A stretch of DNA of 64,000 nucleotides from an uncultured Desulfobacteraceae bacterium (GCA_964478625.1 CAYZJH010000014.1:7098-71097); one strand, 5' to 3'. Counted from the first letter of the stretch, positions 48,001 to 55,948 are shown. The notes: generated by a model not told the origin, from the sequence alone. Program-made: numbers and translations.

Positions 48001-48508
48001 AGACCAGTATCTTCAATACAAAAGATTAGAATCTCGGCAAAAAATCCGATCCAATTATTCGGTTAATATCAAAGGGTTTCCCACTGATGCCAATCCTGAA
48101 GCTAAAATCAAACCTCATGCCACCCATCTCAGGGTGAAATGCGCTAACCGGGTTTTCAGTTTAACCAATTTGAATTATCCCATTCAAAAGACAATCAACT
48201 GGTCTCCGGAAAACTGTGTTGAAGTTGCTTTCACCATTGAGGTGGATGAATTGAGTCTGGTAAAAAAATATCTGGGAAATGATGCATTCCCAAATTTTTT
48301 AAAAGACTTTTCAGCGGGAACCAAGACCTTCTATCCTATGGATTTTCCTCAAAATCTATCAGGCTTGAACCGGCTGGGAATCACCTATATCAGAGTGAAT
48401 TACGAGTTCAGTAATCATGAACCGTTGCTGACCTTTCAGAGAATCAATCAAAAAAGGCCCGTATTGCCGAATTTACCTAAAAATATTACACAATGCTGGG
48501 ACAACTGA
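45008..48508 (+). CDS. tssM: IcmF/TssM family protein
   Basis: N-terminal TMs, Walker A IIGESDSGKTT, WWFFEEAIILD, PINGLVV, FPIYLMVSKCDLIQG, LRGIFFSSG, TM, long periplasmic domain. Confidence 0.9.
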   Translation: MTQVSRKLFKAVFIPASAFLIILVGVRVALLHGLPWWMVLFILFSSLAGIIFVKTILQRYQEQNFLQKVMDLYDSFPETTNDGENENTVEFRDLLTKVMQEIRKFQQKKPGNPLSLLPCYLIIGESDSGKTTAIKNAGLTPLFPELNLNSGIPLTKNCRWWFFEEAIILDAKGKFVVLKGKKPYNLEWQKLFSLLTIFRKKDPINGLVVTVAADRLINPQMEILENDGRKIRRQIDELIGVLGSTFPIYLMVSKCDLIQGMTQFWSNFTDQKLEQAMGVLNQDMTRNAITFHEQAFQKIADRLKYLRLLIFQRSNSKIAPELLLFPDEFERINPGLDRFIRAIFHDDYLQNTPILRGIFFSSGHQEGTPYSHFMNSMGFTQDKETLPGTNNNLFLKDFFSRILPNDTALSAPTQKAVEWNRWPRNLGLTSWIAITFTVCGLLSISFAKNLEAIRYAAGDFTSPPVLQGEISSDLATMDHFRQAILNIELRNHTWWIPRLMLTESLTIEKKIKEKYCSTFKNVFLVSFDKQMLELLSGFDGITQDEEIGQHAAHLVYRINLLKARLEDENLEVPVKKLQLSYKTDRASEKQPFIPELYENFYTTYSHYLIWLDDTSQLKNEIDTLQSWLKSLLDLRPNEMQWLVAWINQNPMISDIFLQDFWIGPPHKTSNYPTTFKNSADKKEKKIAADTGATIRRAYTSKGKEMIESFIGEMEKALPNPNLLSTRKAEFEQWYRESYFNEWLAFGEYFSNGVGLLDGKLQWQKMASIMDTDNSPFFELLETMAEELKPICTQHCQDLPPWADLVFKFHMIGENMDSETTTRTSEPTQSMMIAAEAYEQYKNALQEILPIVTSSDLAFQMTGITFGEDPVGNTSPFIKAQDAVQNMKKALENSETESSMVWELIKGPWEFLWEYAIQETSCHIEDLWKKYVFEDFQDISDINLVADLLIGPNGLATKFADGPVKPFVLHNPNKGYFSKKTFEKKIPFENTFLTFLNRGDQYLQYKRLESRQKIRSNYSVNIKGFPTDANPEAKIKPHATHLRVKCANRVFSLTNLNYPIQKTINWSPENCVEVAFTIEVDELSLVKKYLGNDAFPNFLKDFSAGTKTFYPMDFPQNLSGLNRLGITYIRVNYEFSNHEPLLTFQRINQKRPVLPNLPKNITQCWDN

Positions 48509-48605
48509 CCCCCTGAAATCATTTATCATGAGCCTATTAGAAAAACCCGCAGTTACCCCCCTTTTTTGGGCGAATTAATATACAGATTACCTGGTTAATC
48601 GCAGA

Positions 48606-48660
48606 AACCGACCGGTTCGGTTGTTGACAAAACTGAAAATACCTGATAGAAATTTTCTAT
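48606..48660 (+). promoter_or_regulatory. Candidate promoter with two palindromes upstream of the selenopeptide gene
   Basis: AACCGA-N5-TCGGTT (48606-48622), TTGACA (48624-48629), 17 nt, TAGAAA inside the palindrome ATAGAAA-T-TTTCTAT (48646-48660). Confidence 0.45.
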
Positions 48661-48722
48661 TCTCCAAAATTTTAAAATAGATTTTTTCGATGTCATTAAA
48701 CCGAATATTCCGGGAGGTGATC

Positions 48723-49061
48723 ATGGAAAAGAAAGACCTAAAAAAATTGCTTGCAGGTTTTGGAATCGCCGGCTTGATCAGTATGGGAGGAGTGACTCTT
48801 CCAGGGGTTCATGCAGGTAGCAGCTGAGGAGCCAAACCCAGTGCGGGCGGCACTGAACAACAACAAAAAGCACCAGCCGGAAGTGGCTGAGGCGCCAAAA
48901 AAGAAAGCGCAGTTAGCGCAGAAGAAAAAAAGCAACAGCAGGAGCAACAGCAACTAGATCAGCAAGAGGCTGAGGAAAAGGCCGAAGAAGTCCTGGAAAA
49001 AGAAGGAGAACCTGTTGAAAAACCAGCCGGAAAAAGCGGTTGAGGGGGCAAAAAACAATAA
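48723..49061 (+). CDS. sbtA: Selenocysteine-containing RiPP precursor (selenobacteriocin/SbtA-like), three Sec
   Basis: GGAGGTGA RBS; MEKKDLKKLLAGFGIAGLISMGGVTLPGVHAGSSUGAKPSAGGTEQQQKAPAGSGUGAKKESAVSAEEKKQQQEQQQLDQQEAEEKAEEVLEKEGEPVEKPAGKSGUGGKKQ then TAA; TGA at 48825, 48888 and 49041, all in frame. Confidence 0.88.
48839..48855 (+). other. SECIS-like hairpin for Sec35
   Basis: CAGTGC-GGGCG-GCACTG, 11 nt after the TGA. Confidence 0.72.
48907..48919 (+). other. SECIS-like hairpin for Sec56 (weak)
   Basis: GCGC-AGTTA-GCGC, 16 nt after the TGA. Confidence 0.5.
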
Positions 49062-49078
49062 TCATGCAGGATGCATGA
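49062..49078 (+). other. SECIS-like hairpin for Sec107, located in the 3' UTR
   Basis: TCATGC-AGGAT-GCATGA, 18 nt after the TGA and just past the TAA. Confidence 0.7.
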
Positions 49079-49213
49079 CAAATAATTGAAATACAGGATT
49101 TAGCAGAACCGTTTCTCAATGCAGCTGTTTTTTTTGGGAACTGAATTGAACGGTGGCTCTTTGATTTGTATTGATTTATTAACGCCTCTTTCCGGAAAAA
49201 GATTCTCCAAAAG

Positions 49214-49248
49214 TCAGGAGTGCAAAGCAACTGCTTATGCACTCCTGA
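49214..49248. other. Long intergenic hairpin
   Basis: TCAGGAGTGCA-AAGCA-AC-TGCTT-A-TGCACTCCTGA. Confidence 0.7.
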
Positions 49249-49272
49249 TCCTTGCGCCAATTTAATCAATGA

Positions 49273-50850
49273 ATGGATAAAAAACCATACCCCATATGCT
49301 TCGAACTTTTGCCGCATCTGGAAAATAAATGGCAAAAAGATCGGCCGCTGTCGGACATGCTGCGTGAGAACCCGGAAATGTGCGACCATTACCCTTTTCT
49401 GGCGGACCTGGCAAGAATCGAGGAAGCCGTATACCGACTGCTGAAATCGCCTCCACAGATCCCTGTGCCTCTATTGCGCCGAATGGTCAACCCGGCCCTT
49501 GAATTGATTCCGCTCAACTGGCTGAATCTGCCTGAATTTCTGTCCGACAGGAGCGTTGTCCCGAAACCTGGTAAGAACTATGTTCTTGTTTTGATAAAAC
49601 CGGGGGAAAATCATGTGGAGATCCGCAATGCCATGGCCAGAGATCTTCTGGCACTTAAAATCATAGTCGAAGACATTCACCCACGCAATGCGGCCTCTGA
49701 AGGTGGAGTTTCGGCGGGAGCAATTGATGATCTTCTATACCGTTCCCAACAGCAGGGGTTGATCATGGTTCCACCCTCAAAAATCCGGCGATCTGAAGAC
49801 TTCCCCAAAGGCGAGATCAAGGATCTTGAATTTTTCTCGTCGCCAACCTTTACTCTTCAGTGGCACCTTACCCAGGTTTGCGATTTAAATTGCCGCCATT
49901 GCTACGATCGCAGCGATCGTCAAGAGATGAATTTAAACCAGGCAATCGGAATCCTGGACGATCTTTATGACTTTTGCCGGGAGCATCATGTTTTTGGCCA
50001 AGTGTCTTTTTCCGGCGGTAATCCCTTGCTCTACCCCCACTTTGATCAAATTTACCGTGAAGCTGCTGACCGCGGTTTTATGACTGCTGTTTTAGGCAAT
50101 CCCATGCCCCGCAGCAGAATTGAAAGGATGCTGTCGGTTCAAAAACCTGAATTTTACCAAATCAGCATTGAGGGCTTAAAAGATCACAATGATTATATCC
50201 GTGGTCAGGGACACTTTAACCGGGCCCTTGATTTTCTGAAACTACTGGGTGAGCTGAACGTCTACCGGATGGTGATGCTGACCCTGACTCGCGACAATTT
50301 GAATCAGGTTATTGATCTGGCCGATCAATTGCGCGAACTCACCGATGTGTTCACTTTTAACCGGTTGGCGGGAGTGGGACGCGGCGCTGAACTTTCAGCC
50401 GCACCACCTAAACTATATCCCGAATTTTTGGCCCGTTACCTTGATGCGGCCAAAACAAACCCTTGCATGGGACTTAAAGACAATCTTTTTAACCTGCTTC
50501 GGTGGCAACATGACCCTCGTACCCTGGATGGCGGTTGCGCAGGCTACGGTTGCGGAGCCGCTTTCAATTTCATGGCGTTGCTCCCGGATGGAGAGGTGCA
50601 TGCATGCCGCAAACTCCCGTCGTTTCTCGGCAATATTTATCACCATCGACTCAGCGATATCTACCACAATTCTCTATCCCGCAGATATCGTTCCGGATCA
50701 TCGGTCTGCAAGGACTGCCCGATTCGGCCGGTATGCGGTGCATGTCTTGCCGTAGGATATGGATTTGGCCGTGATATATTCAAAGAGCCGGATCCTTATT
50801 GTTTCCGAAACCGGATGGAAAATCGGTGTGGAAAATCCGCGATTCTTTAA
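49273..50850 (+). CDS. sbtM: Radical SAM/SPASM peptide maturase (SbtM-like) with N-terminal accessory domain
   Basis: LQWHLTQVCDLNCRHC, SGGNP, GCGAA...LPDGEVHACRK, C..C..RPVCGAC...DPYC; N-terminal YPFLADLARIE. Confidence 0.85.
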   Translation: MDKKPYPICFELLPHLENKWQKDRPLSDMLRENPEMCDHYPFLADLARIEEAVYRLLKSPPQIPVPLLRRMVNPALELIPLNWLNLPEFLSDRSVVPKPGKNYVLVLIKPGENHVEIRNAMARDLLALKIIVEDIHPRNAASEGGVSAGAIDDLLYRSQQQGLIMVPPSKIRRSEDFPKGEIKDLEFFSSPTFTLQWHLTQVCDLNCRHCYDRSDRQEMNLNQAIGILDDLYDFCREHHVFGQVSFSGGNPLLYPHFDQIYREAADRGFMTAVLGNPMPRSRIERMLSVQKPEFYQISIEGLKDHNDYIRGQGHFNRALDFLKLLGELNVYRMVMLTLTRDNLNQVIDLADQLRELTDVFTFNRLAGVGRGAELSAAPPKLYPEFLARYLDAAKTNPCMGLKDNLFNLLRWQHDPRTLDGGCAGYGCGAAFNFMALLPDGEVHACRKLPSFLGNIYHHRLSDIYHNSLSRRYRSGSSVCKDCPIRPVCGACLAVGYGFGRDIFKEPDPYCFRNRMENRCGKSAIL

Positions 50851-50885
50851 CCCAGGATCATTGCTTTTCCGATTTCCACCTGCCA

Positions 50886-51326
50886 TTACTTGATTTTCAG
50901 TTGTTGATATGCTTCCTGAATTTCCTTGAATTTTTTTTCGGCCAGCTCTTTGAATTCTTCGCCCATATGGCTGACCTTATCGGGATGATAGGTGTTGACC
51001 AATCGGCGATAGGCTTTTTTAATCTCATCAGCAGAAGCGTTTCTTCCAACTCCCAAAACCGTGTATGGGTCTTTTTGATTTCTATCCGGGTTTGCACCCC
51101 CCTGGTGTCGGCTTCCATATTGTTGCTGATCATAATCATGTTGCTGCTGGTCAAATTGCCGGAATGCTCCTGGTGATTTTGCACGGTTTGAAAAAAAATA
51201 GTACCAGACCAGGGCCAGTACCAGGATATCATCAAGCCATCCTAGGCCGATTATAAAATTGGGGATTAGGTCAAAGGGCCAGATGGTATAAAGGATGGCC
51301 AATATCGTCGCGATTATTTTCAACAT
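50886..51326 (-). CDS. DUF1232-like membrane domain plus DnaJ J-domain protein
   Basis: [11 protein letters not shown]...GWLDD; DPYTVLGV...IKKAYRRL...YHPDK. Confidence 0.9.
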   Translation of the reverse strand: MLKIIATILAILYTIWPFDLIPNFIIGLGWLDDILVLALVWYYFFSNRAKSPGAFRQFDQQQHDYDQQQYGSRHQGGANPDRNQKDPYTVLGVGRNASADEIKKAYRRLVNTYHPDKVSHMGEEFKELAEKKFKEIQEAYQQLKIK

Positions 51327-51353
51327 ATTTCTGATAATTCTCTTTGTGGTTAA

Positions 51354-52265
51354 CTATTCCTCACCATCGTCATCCTGGTATAGCTGTTTTTTGCGAATCA
51401 GTCTCAAAAACCCCACAATCGTCAGCAACGCCCCGGCAACAAACAGGAATTCGTGGAGATGATTGCTGAAATAAGTCAACCATGAAAGAGAAGTCCCAAT
51501 GGATTGCTGCCATGCTTCCTGCATCTGATCAAGGCTTGTTTGGTAAACCCTGTAGAAAGCTTTTTCAATATTTTCCCCAAATGCCATCCGGTCAAGAAAT
51601 TCAAGAAGTTTATCTTCACCATACAGGCGCACAAGATATGTGACAAAACTTTTGCTTTGCTCATATGCAAGGATTCTGGCCTGTTCAGACATGGGAAAAC
51701 CGGAATCGAGCTGTTCGAAGGGAATAAAATTTCCGGTTATCGACGCCTGATTCAGTGCCGATTGCCTGAGGTTGTAAATAATTTCATCAAACCCTCCGCT
51801 TGCCCACTGACAAAGACCTTCATCCAGCCACCGGGGGATATGGGGAATGTGCTCATGAAGCAATAGATGACAAAACTCATGGGTGAGCGTAGTTTCAAGG
51901 GAAAAAGGTCTGGTGATTACTTTGGAATAATCGATGACGATCAGATTTCGCTTGGGAACCGCATAGGCTATGGTGATGGAATGATCGGCCGTTTGAAGAA
52001 ATCTTTCCCGATTGTTGATCAAAACGATTACCGGTTTTGGTTTATAAGGCCATCCGAATAGTTTCTGAGTATTTTCCTTGATTTCCGCATAAATTTTCGC
52101 CACATTCTGAGCGCCTTCCCCAATACCAGGATCAAACAACACAATGACTTCGTCCGTTTCAAGAATTTTTGGTCTTTCTGCGAACACCCGGACCGGTTGA
52201 AGATTAACCAGCGCAATGAGCAAAATCACTGCAACAACGGCCTTATTTAACCGGTGAATTCCCAT
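51354..52265 (-). CDS. Peptidase MA-like zinc metallohydrolase
   Basis: Signal-like N-terminus, THEFCH (HExxH), WLDEGL, AYEQS, C-terminal TM; start refined to 52265. Confidence 0.8.
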   Translation of the reverse strand: MGIHRLNKAVVAVILLIALVNLQPVRVFAERPKILETDEVIVLFDPGIGEGAQNVAKIYAEIKENTQKLFGWPYKPKPVIVLINNRERFLQTADHSITIAYAVPKRNLIVIDYSKVITRPFSLETTLTHEFCHLLLHEHIPHIPRWLDEGLCQWASGGFDEIIYNLRQSALNQASITGNFIPFEQLDSGFPMSEQARILAYEQSKSFVTYLVRLYGEDKLLEFLDRMAFGENIEKAFYRVYQTSLDQMQEAWQQSIGTSLSWLTYFSNHLHEFLFVAGALLTIVGFLRLIRKKQLYQDDDGEE

Positions 52266-52929
52266 AATCCAGAACAAGCTTGGCATCCAGTGCGATCCAT
52301 TTGTCATCGGAAAAAACCAACGGGTTAATATCCAGTTGACTGAACCTTTCTCCGATACCGACAGCAAAATCGGCGGTTGCGGTAATAATTCGGCTAAGAC
52401 TTTCAGGATCACATTTTAACCCACGATACCCTAAAAATGCTGGGGCCACGGTTAATTCCCGAATCATTCTCCCGGCCTCATGAAAAGTCAGGGGAGCTAG
52501 TCGAAACGCCACGTCTTTGTAAAGCTCTGTGAGAACCCCTCCGGCACCTACCATGACCGCCGTTCCAAAACCAGGATCCACCAGAGCGCCCACGATCAAC
52601 TCAGGCCCTCTGAAATGAACCTGTTCTTCCACAAGAATCGGCGTGGCTGGAAACTTTTTTTCAAACTCCTTCAACACTTCCTGGACCCTGCAGGATTCAA
52701 CCCCCATAACCACGCCGTCCCGGTCGGTTTTATGAAGAATATGGGCCGAACAGACCTTGACGACCACCGGAAAGGTAAATTGTTCCTTCTCAAATATTTC
52801 CCCGGGCAATAAACGCGTTCCTTTAGGCACCGGAATACCTTGGTGCGAAAGCATCCGTTTTGTTTCATACTCATCCGGAAAACCTGGAACCAGAAAATGA
52901 TCCACTGGTATTGTTGTTTTTTTTTCCAT
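52243..52929 (-). CDS. ADP-forming acyl-CoA synthetase beta subunit (ATP-grasp)
   Basis: FPVVVKV, HKTDRDGV, ELIVG..DPGFG, LDINPL, ALDA. Confidence 0.88.
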   Translation of the reverse strand: MEKKTTIPVDHFLVPGFPDEYETKRMLSHQGIPVPKGTRLLPGEIFEKEQFTFPVVVKVCSAHILHKTDRDGVVMGVESCRVQEVLKEFEKKFPATPILVEEQVHFRGPELIVGALVDPGFGTAVMVGAGGVLTELYKDVAFRLAPLTFHEAGRMIRELTVAPAFLGYRGLKCDPESLSRIITATADFAVGIGERFSQLDINPLVFSDDKWIALDAKLVLDYGNSPVK

Positions 52930-52931
52930 AA

Positions 52932-54368
52932 TTATGCCCTGATCGCCTGAAGTATTCCAGCCCGCTCCACCAGAAATCTTGCTGCTCGAACCGCTCTTCC
53001 AATGGAAGGAAACCCTACGATACCTTCCCGATGAAATTGTCTCAAATAACTATCCGTAAAAGGACCGTATTGGGTGAACACGATCACCGGTTTCTGTGAG
53101 TTTCTTACCCTTGAAACTATGGATTCCACCAGGCCGTCCGTGATGGATGGAGGAGAGAAAAAGGCCGTACAGATCACAATGTCCACACCATCATCATCAA
53201 GGATTGCGGAAAGTACATCACCGATCATCCTGTCATTCGCGCTTGCAGTCAAATCCACCGGATTGCGGCATGATGCAAAAGGAAAAGATAGTTTGCGAAT
53301 CTGGTCCTGTGTGTTGCCTGATAGGGTGGCCATTTCCAAGCGAATCCCTCCCCGGGTCATCTCTACATGGTCTGCTCCCATGACACCATAACCTCCGGCA
53401 GGCGTTAGAATCGCCACACGATTTCCCCTGGCCGGAGGCAAGCCGGACAAGGCCTTGGCGGCATCACAAAGTTCTTCGTCATCAAATACCCTTTGAACGC
53501 CGTATTGACGAAATGCGCCTCCCACCACACGATCCGATCCGGCAAGTCTTCCGGTGTGAGAACTAACTGCATAGGCACCGGCCTCAGAACGTCCGGCTTT
53601 CAGGACCACCACAGGTTTAATCAGTGAGGTTTCCCGTGCTGTTTCAAGAAATTTGCGGCCCTGGGACATACTTTCAATGTAAAAAGCCAGGCAAGTGGTC
53701 TCCGCTTCCTGACCGAAGTAGGATAAAAAATCCAATTCATCCAAATCACATTTGTTTCCAAGTCCTACAAAAGCACGCAGTCCAAAACCCGTGTTACTAG
53801 CCAGTCCTAATGCTTCGGTACCCACAGAACCACTTTGAGAAACAAAGGCAACCCCTCCGCCGCCCGCCAATGCCTTGTCACCATGGTCGACAAAAATGGT
53901 ATCCAACTGATTATAAGGCAAAAAAAGGCCAAGGGTATTGGGACCCAAAATTCGTGTGTTGCTTTTTCGGGTAATGGACACAAGCCATTCTTCAAGGGCT
54001 CTTCCTTTTTCACCGGACTCACTGAAACCGCCTGCTACGATAATCAGTTTGGGAATTCCCTTGCGTGCACAATCATAAGCCACCCTGACGGCACTTTCCG
54101 CTTTTATGGCAATCACAGCCAAATCCACGGTTTCCGGAAGGACTTCCACATGCTCATATGATTTTCTTCCCAGAATTTCTTTTTCACGAATATTGACAGG
54201 ATAAACCGGGCCTTTGAACCGTAGGAGCTGTTCAAATATGATCCGCCCCACCCGACCGGGAGTATTGGTGGCGCCGATAACGGCAATGGACCGGGGATTG
54301 AGGAGTTCATGCAAATTTGAGTTGTTTTCCATAAATTCATTACCGGTAGGAAGTTTCAATTGACTCAT
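52932..54368 (-). CDS. ADP-forming acyl-CoA synthetase alpha subunit (CoA-binding)
   Basis: PRSIAVIGAT, LGPNTLG, SQSG, GNKCD, SSHTGRLAG (phospho-His), NPVDL. Confidence 0.88.
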   Translation of the reverse strand: MSQLKLPTGNEFMENNSNLHELLNPRSIAVIGATNTPGRVGRIIFEQLLRFKGPVYPVNIREKEILGRKSYEHVEVLPETVDLAVIAIKAESAVRVAYDCARKGIPKLIIVAGGFSESGEKGRALEEWLVSITRKSNTRILGPNTLGLFLPYNQLDTIFVDHGDKALAGGGGVAFVSQSGSVGTEALGLASNTGFGLRAFVGLGNKCDLDELDFLSYFGQEAETTCLAFYIESMSQGRKFLETARETSLIKPVVVLKAGRSEAGAYAVSSHTGRLAGSDRVVGGAFRQYGVQRVFDDEELCDAAKALSGLPPARGNRVAILTPAGGYGVMGADHVEMTRGGIRLEMATLSGNTQDQIRKLSFPFASCRNPVDLTASANDRMIGDVLSAILDDDGVDIVICTAFFSPPSITDGLVESIVSRVRNSQKPVIVFTQYGPFTDSYLRQFHREGIVGFPSIGRAVRAARFLVERAGILQAIRA

Positions 54369-54571
54369 ATTTTATACTAAGATGTTCAGGAGAATAGGTC
54401 AATATGATAATTCGGAGTGCCAAATGCTTTCTATGAGAACCATCTGTAAAAATATAATTTAGGGCGCCTTTGATTGCCCGACCTGATCCAATTAACAGCG
54501 GATATTATCTTTCTCTTCCGGCCAAGGCCCAATGGCGTCAAGCTAACCCCATTGGGCACGTATTAAAAGGG

Positions 54572-54639
54572 TGTCATTCTGAGGAGGCCGATATCGTAAA
54601 AAAATATACGGCAGGCGCTGAATGGCCGACGAAGAATCT
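54572..54639. repeat. TGTC-type palindromic element with internal insert
   Basis: TGTCATTCTGAGGAGGCC ... GGCCGACGAAGAATCT. Confidence 0.55.
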
Positions 54640-54707
54640 TGCATTCACGCCGGCACGGTCTTTTGTGTTTATACTCCGAGCCGGATTCGATGATTGGCCT
54701 GGTGAAT

Positions 54708-55937
54708 TCATCCAAAAAACCAGTGGCATACTGCAATCGATGTCAGAATACCGGCAAGATCCGCCACCAGAGCACATCCTACTGCATGACGCACGCGTCG
54801 GATTCCCACGGCTCCGAAATACACTGCCAGCACATAAAAGGTAGTCTCGGTGCTTCCCTGCATGGTTGCAGCCAAAAGTGCAGGATAGCTGTCCACCCCG
54901 AAATTGCTCATGGTTTCAATAAGCATAGCACGGGCTCCACTACCGGAGAAGGGTTTCATGAAAGCTGTCGGCAAGGCATCGATAAAACGGATATCCATTC
55001 CCATTCCCTGGACCAACCAGCGGATTCCATCCAGTATGGCATCCAGAGCTCCACTGGCGCGAAGCACCCCAATAGCTACCAGCATGGCCACCAGATAGGG
55101 CAGAAGCGATACTGAAACCTCAAAACCCTGTTTGGCCCCTTCTATAAAACTTTCATAAACATTCACCCGGCGAAAAGCCGCAATGATCAAAAAAACGATG
55201 ATAATACCGAACAATACCAGATTACCGATTAGAGTCGAGGTAGCTGCAAGAACCTGGGCTGACATCCCGGCAAGGCCCGTCAACAAACCTCCCAGTGCCA
55301 ATGCGGTCAGGGCAAAAAAACAGAGTATCACCGGATCCCAGAGTTTCAACCGTTGAACTGCGGCTACAGTCAACAAGCCCACCAGACTGGATGCAGTGGT
55401 TGCCAGAAGTATCGGCAGGAATACCGCGGTAGGTTCGGGCGCACCCTGCTGGGCGCGGTACATGAAAATGGTCACCGGAAGCAGGGTCAGGGAGGAGGTA
55501 TTCAGCACCAGAAAAAGTATTTGCGAATTGCTGGCAGTATCCGGTCGGGTGTTGAGGCTTTGCAGTGCATGCATAGCTTTCAGGCCAATCGGGGTGGCGG
55601 CATTGTCTAGCCCAAGCACGTTGGCGGCAAAATTCATGGTGATATGCCCAAGGGCAGGATGACCACTGGGAACATCAGGCATCAACCGACGAAACAGCGG
55701 ATCTATCAATCGGGCCAAAAAATTAATCAATCCTGCTTTTTCAGCAATTGATAAAAAACCTAACCAAAGGGTCAAAGTGCCTACCAACAGCAAAACGATT
55801 TCAACACTCAGTTTCGCCATGTCGAATAAAGCTGCTACCAGCCGGCTGAATACTTCGCCATCTCCCAACCCTATCCATTGCCAGAGGGATGCGGCAAATG
55901 CCACCCCAAAAAATCCCATCCAGAGCCGGTTAAGCAT
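54708..55937 (-). CDS. SpmA/SpmB fused (nucleoside-recognition Gate domain) membrane protein
   Basis: NFAANVLGLDNAATPIGLKAM, KPFSGSGA, GSTETTFYVLAVYFG. Confidence 0.92.
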   Translation of the reverse strand: MLNRLWMGFFGVAFAASLWQWIGLGDGEVFSRLVAALFDMAKLSVEIVLLLVGTLTLWLGFLSIAEKAGLINFLARLIDPLFRRLMPDVPSGHPALGHITMNFAANVLGLDNAATPIGLKAMHALQSLNTRPDTASNSQILFLVLNTSSLTLLPVTIFMYRAQQGAPEPTAVFLPILLATTASSLVGLLTVAAVQRLKLWDPVILCFFALTALALGGLLTGLAGMSAQVLAATSTLIGNLVLFGIIIVFLIIAAFRRVNVYESFIEGAKQGFEVSVSLLPYLVAMLVAIGVLRASGALDAILDGIRWLVQGMGMDIRFIDALPTAFMKPFSGSGARAMLIETMSNFGVDSYPALLAATMQGSTETTFYVLAVYFGAVGIRRVRHAVGCALVADLAGILTSIAVCHWFFG

Positions 55938-55948
55938 ATTGAAACACC

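Noticed and set aside
43707-48508. A complete type VI secretion system
   Set aside because: No tssK, baseplate, sheath, Hcp, VgrG, PAAR or ClpV genes in the window
48723-48827. Reading the selenopeptide gene as a 34-aa peptide or a nonsense-riddled pseudogene
   Set aside because: All three TGAs fall in the same S-x-U-G motif and frame, each followed by a hairpin, and the frame ends at TAA
48738-49389. Track ORFs 48738-48953 (-) and 48913-49389 (-)
   Set aside because: Antisense shadows of the low-complexity precursor and the maturase start; poly-Leu arises from CAG/CAA runs
54470-55115. Plus-strand ORFs 54470-54844 and 54639-55115
   Set aside because: They cross a palindromic repeat and lie antisense to the spmAB-like gene
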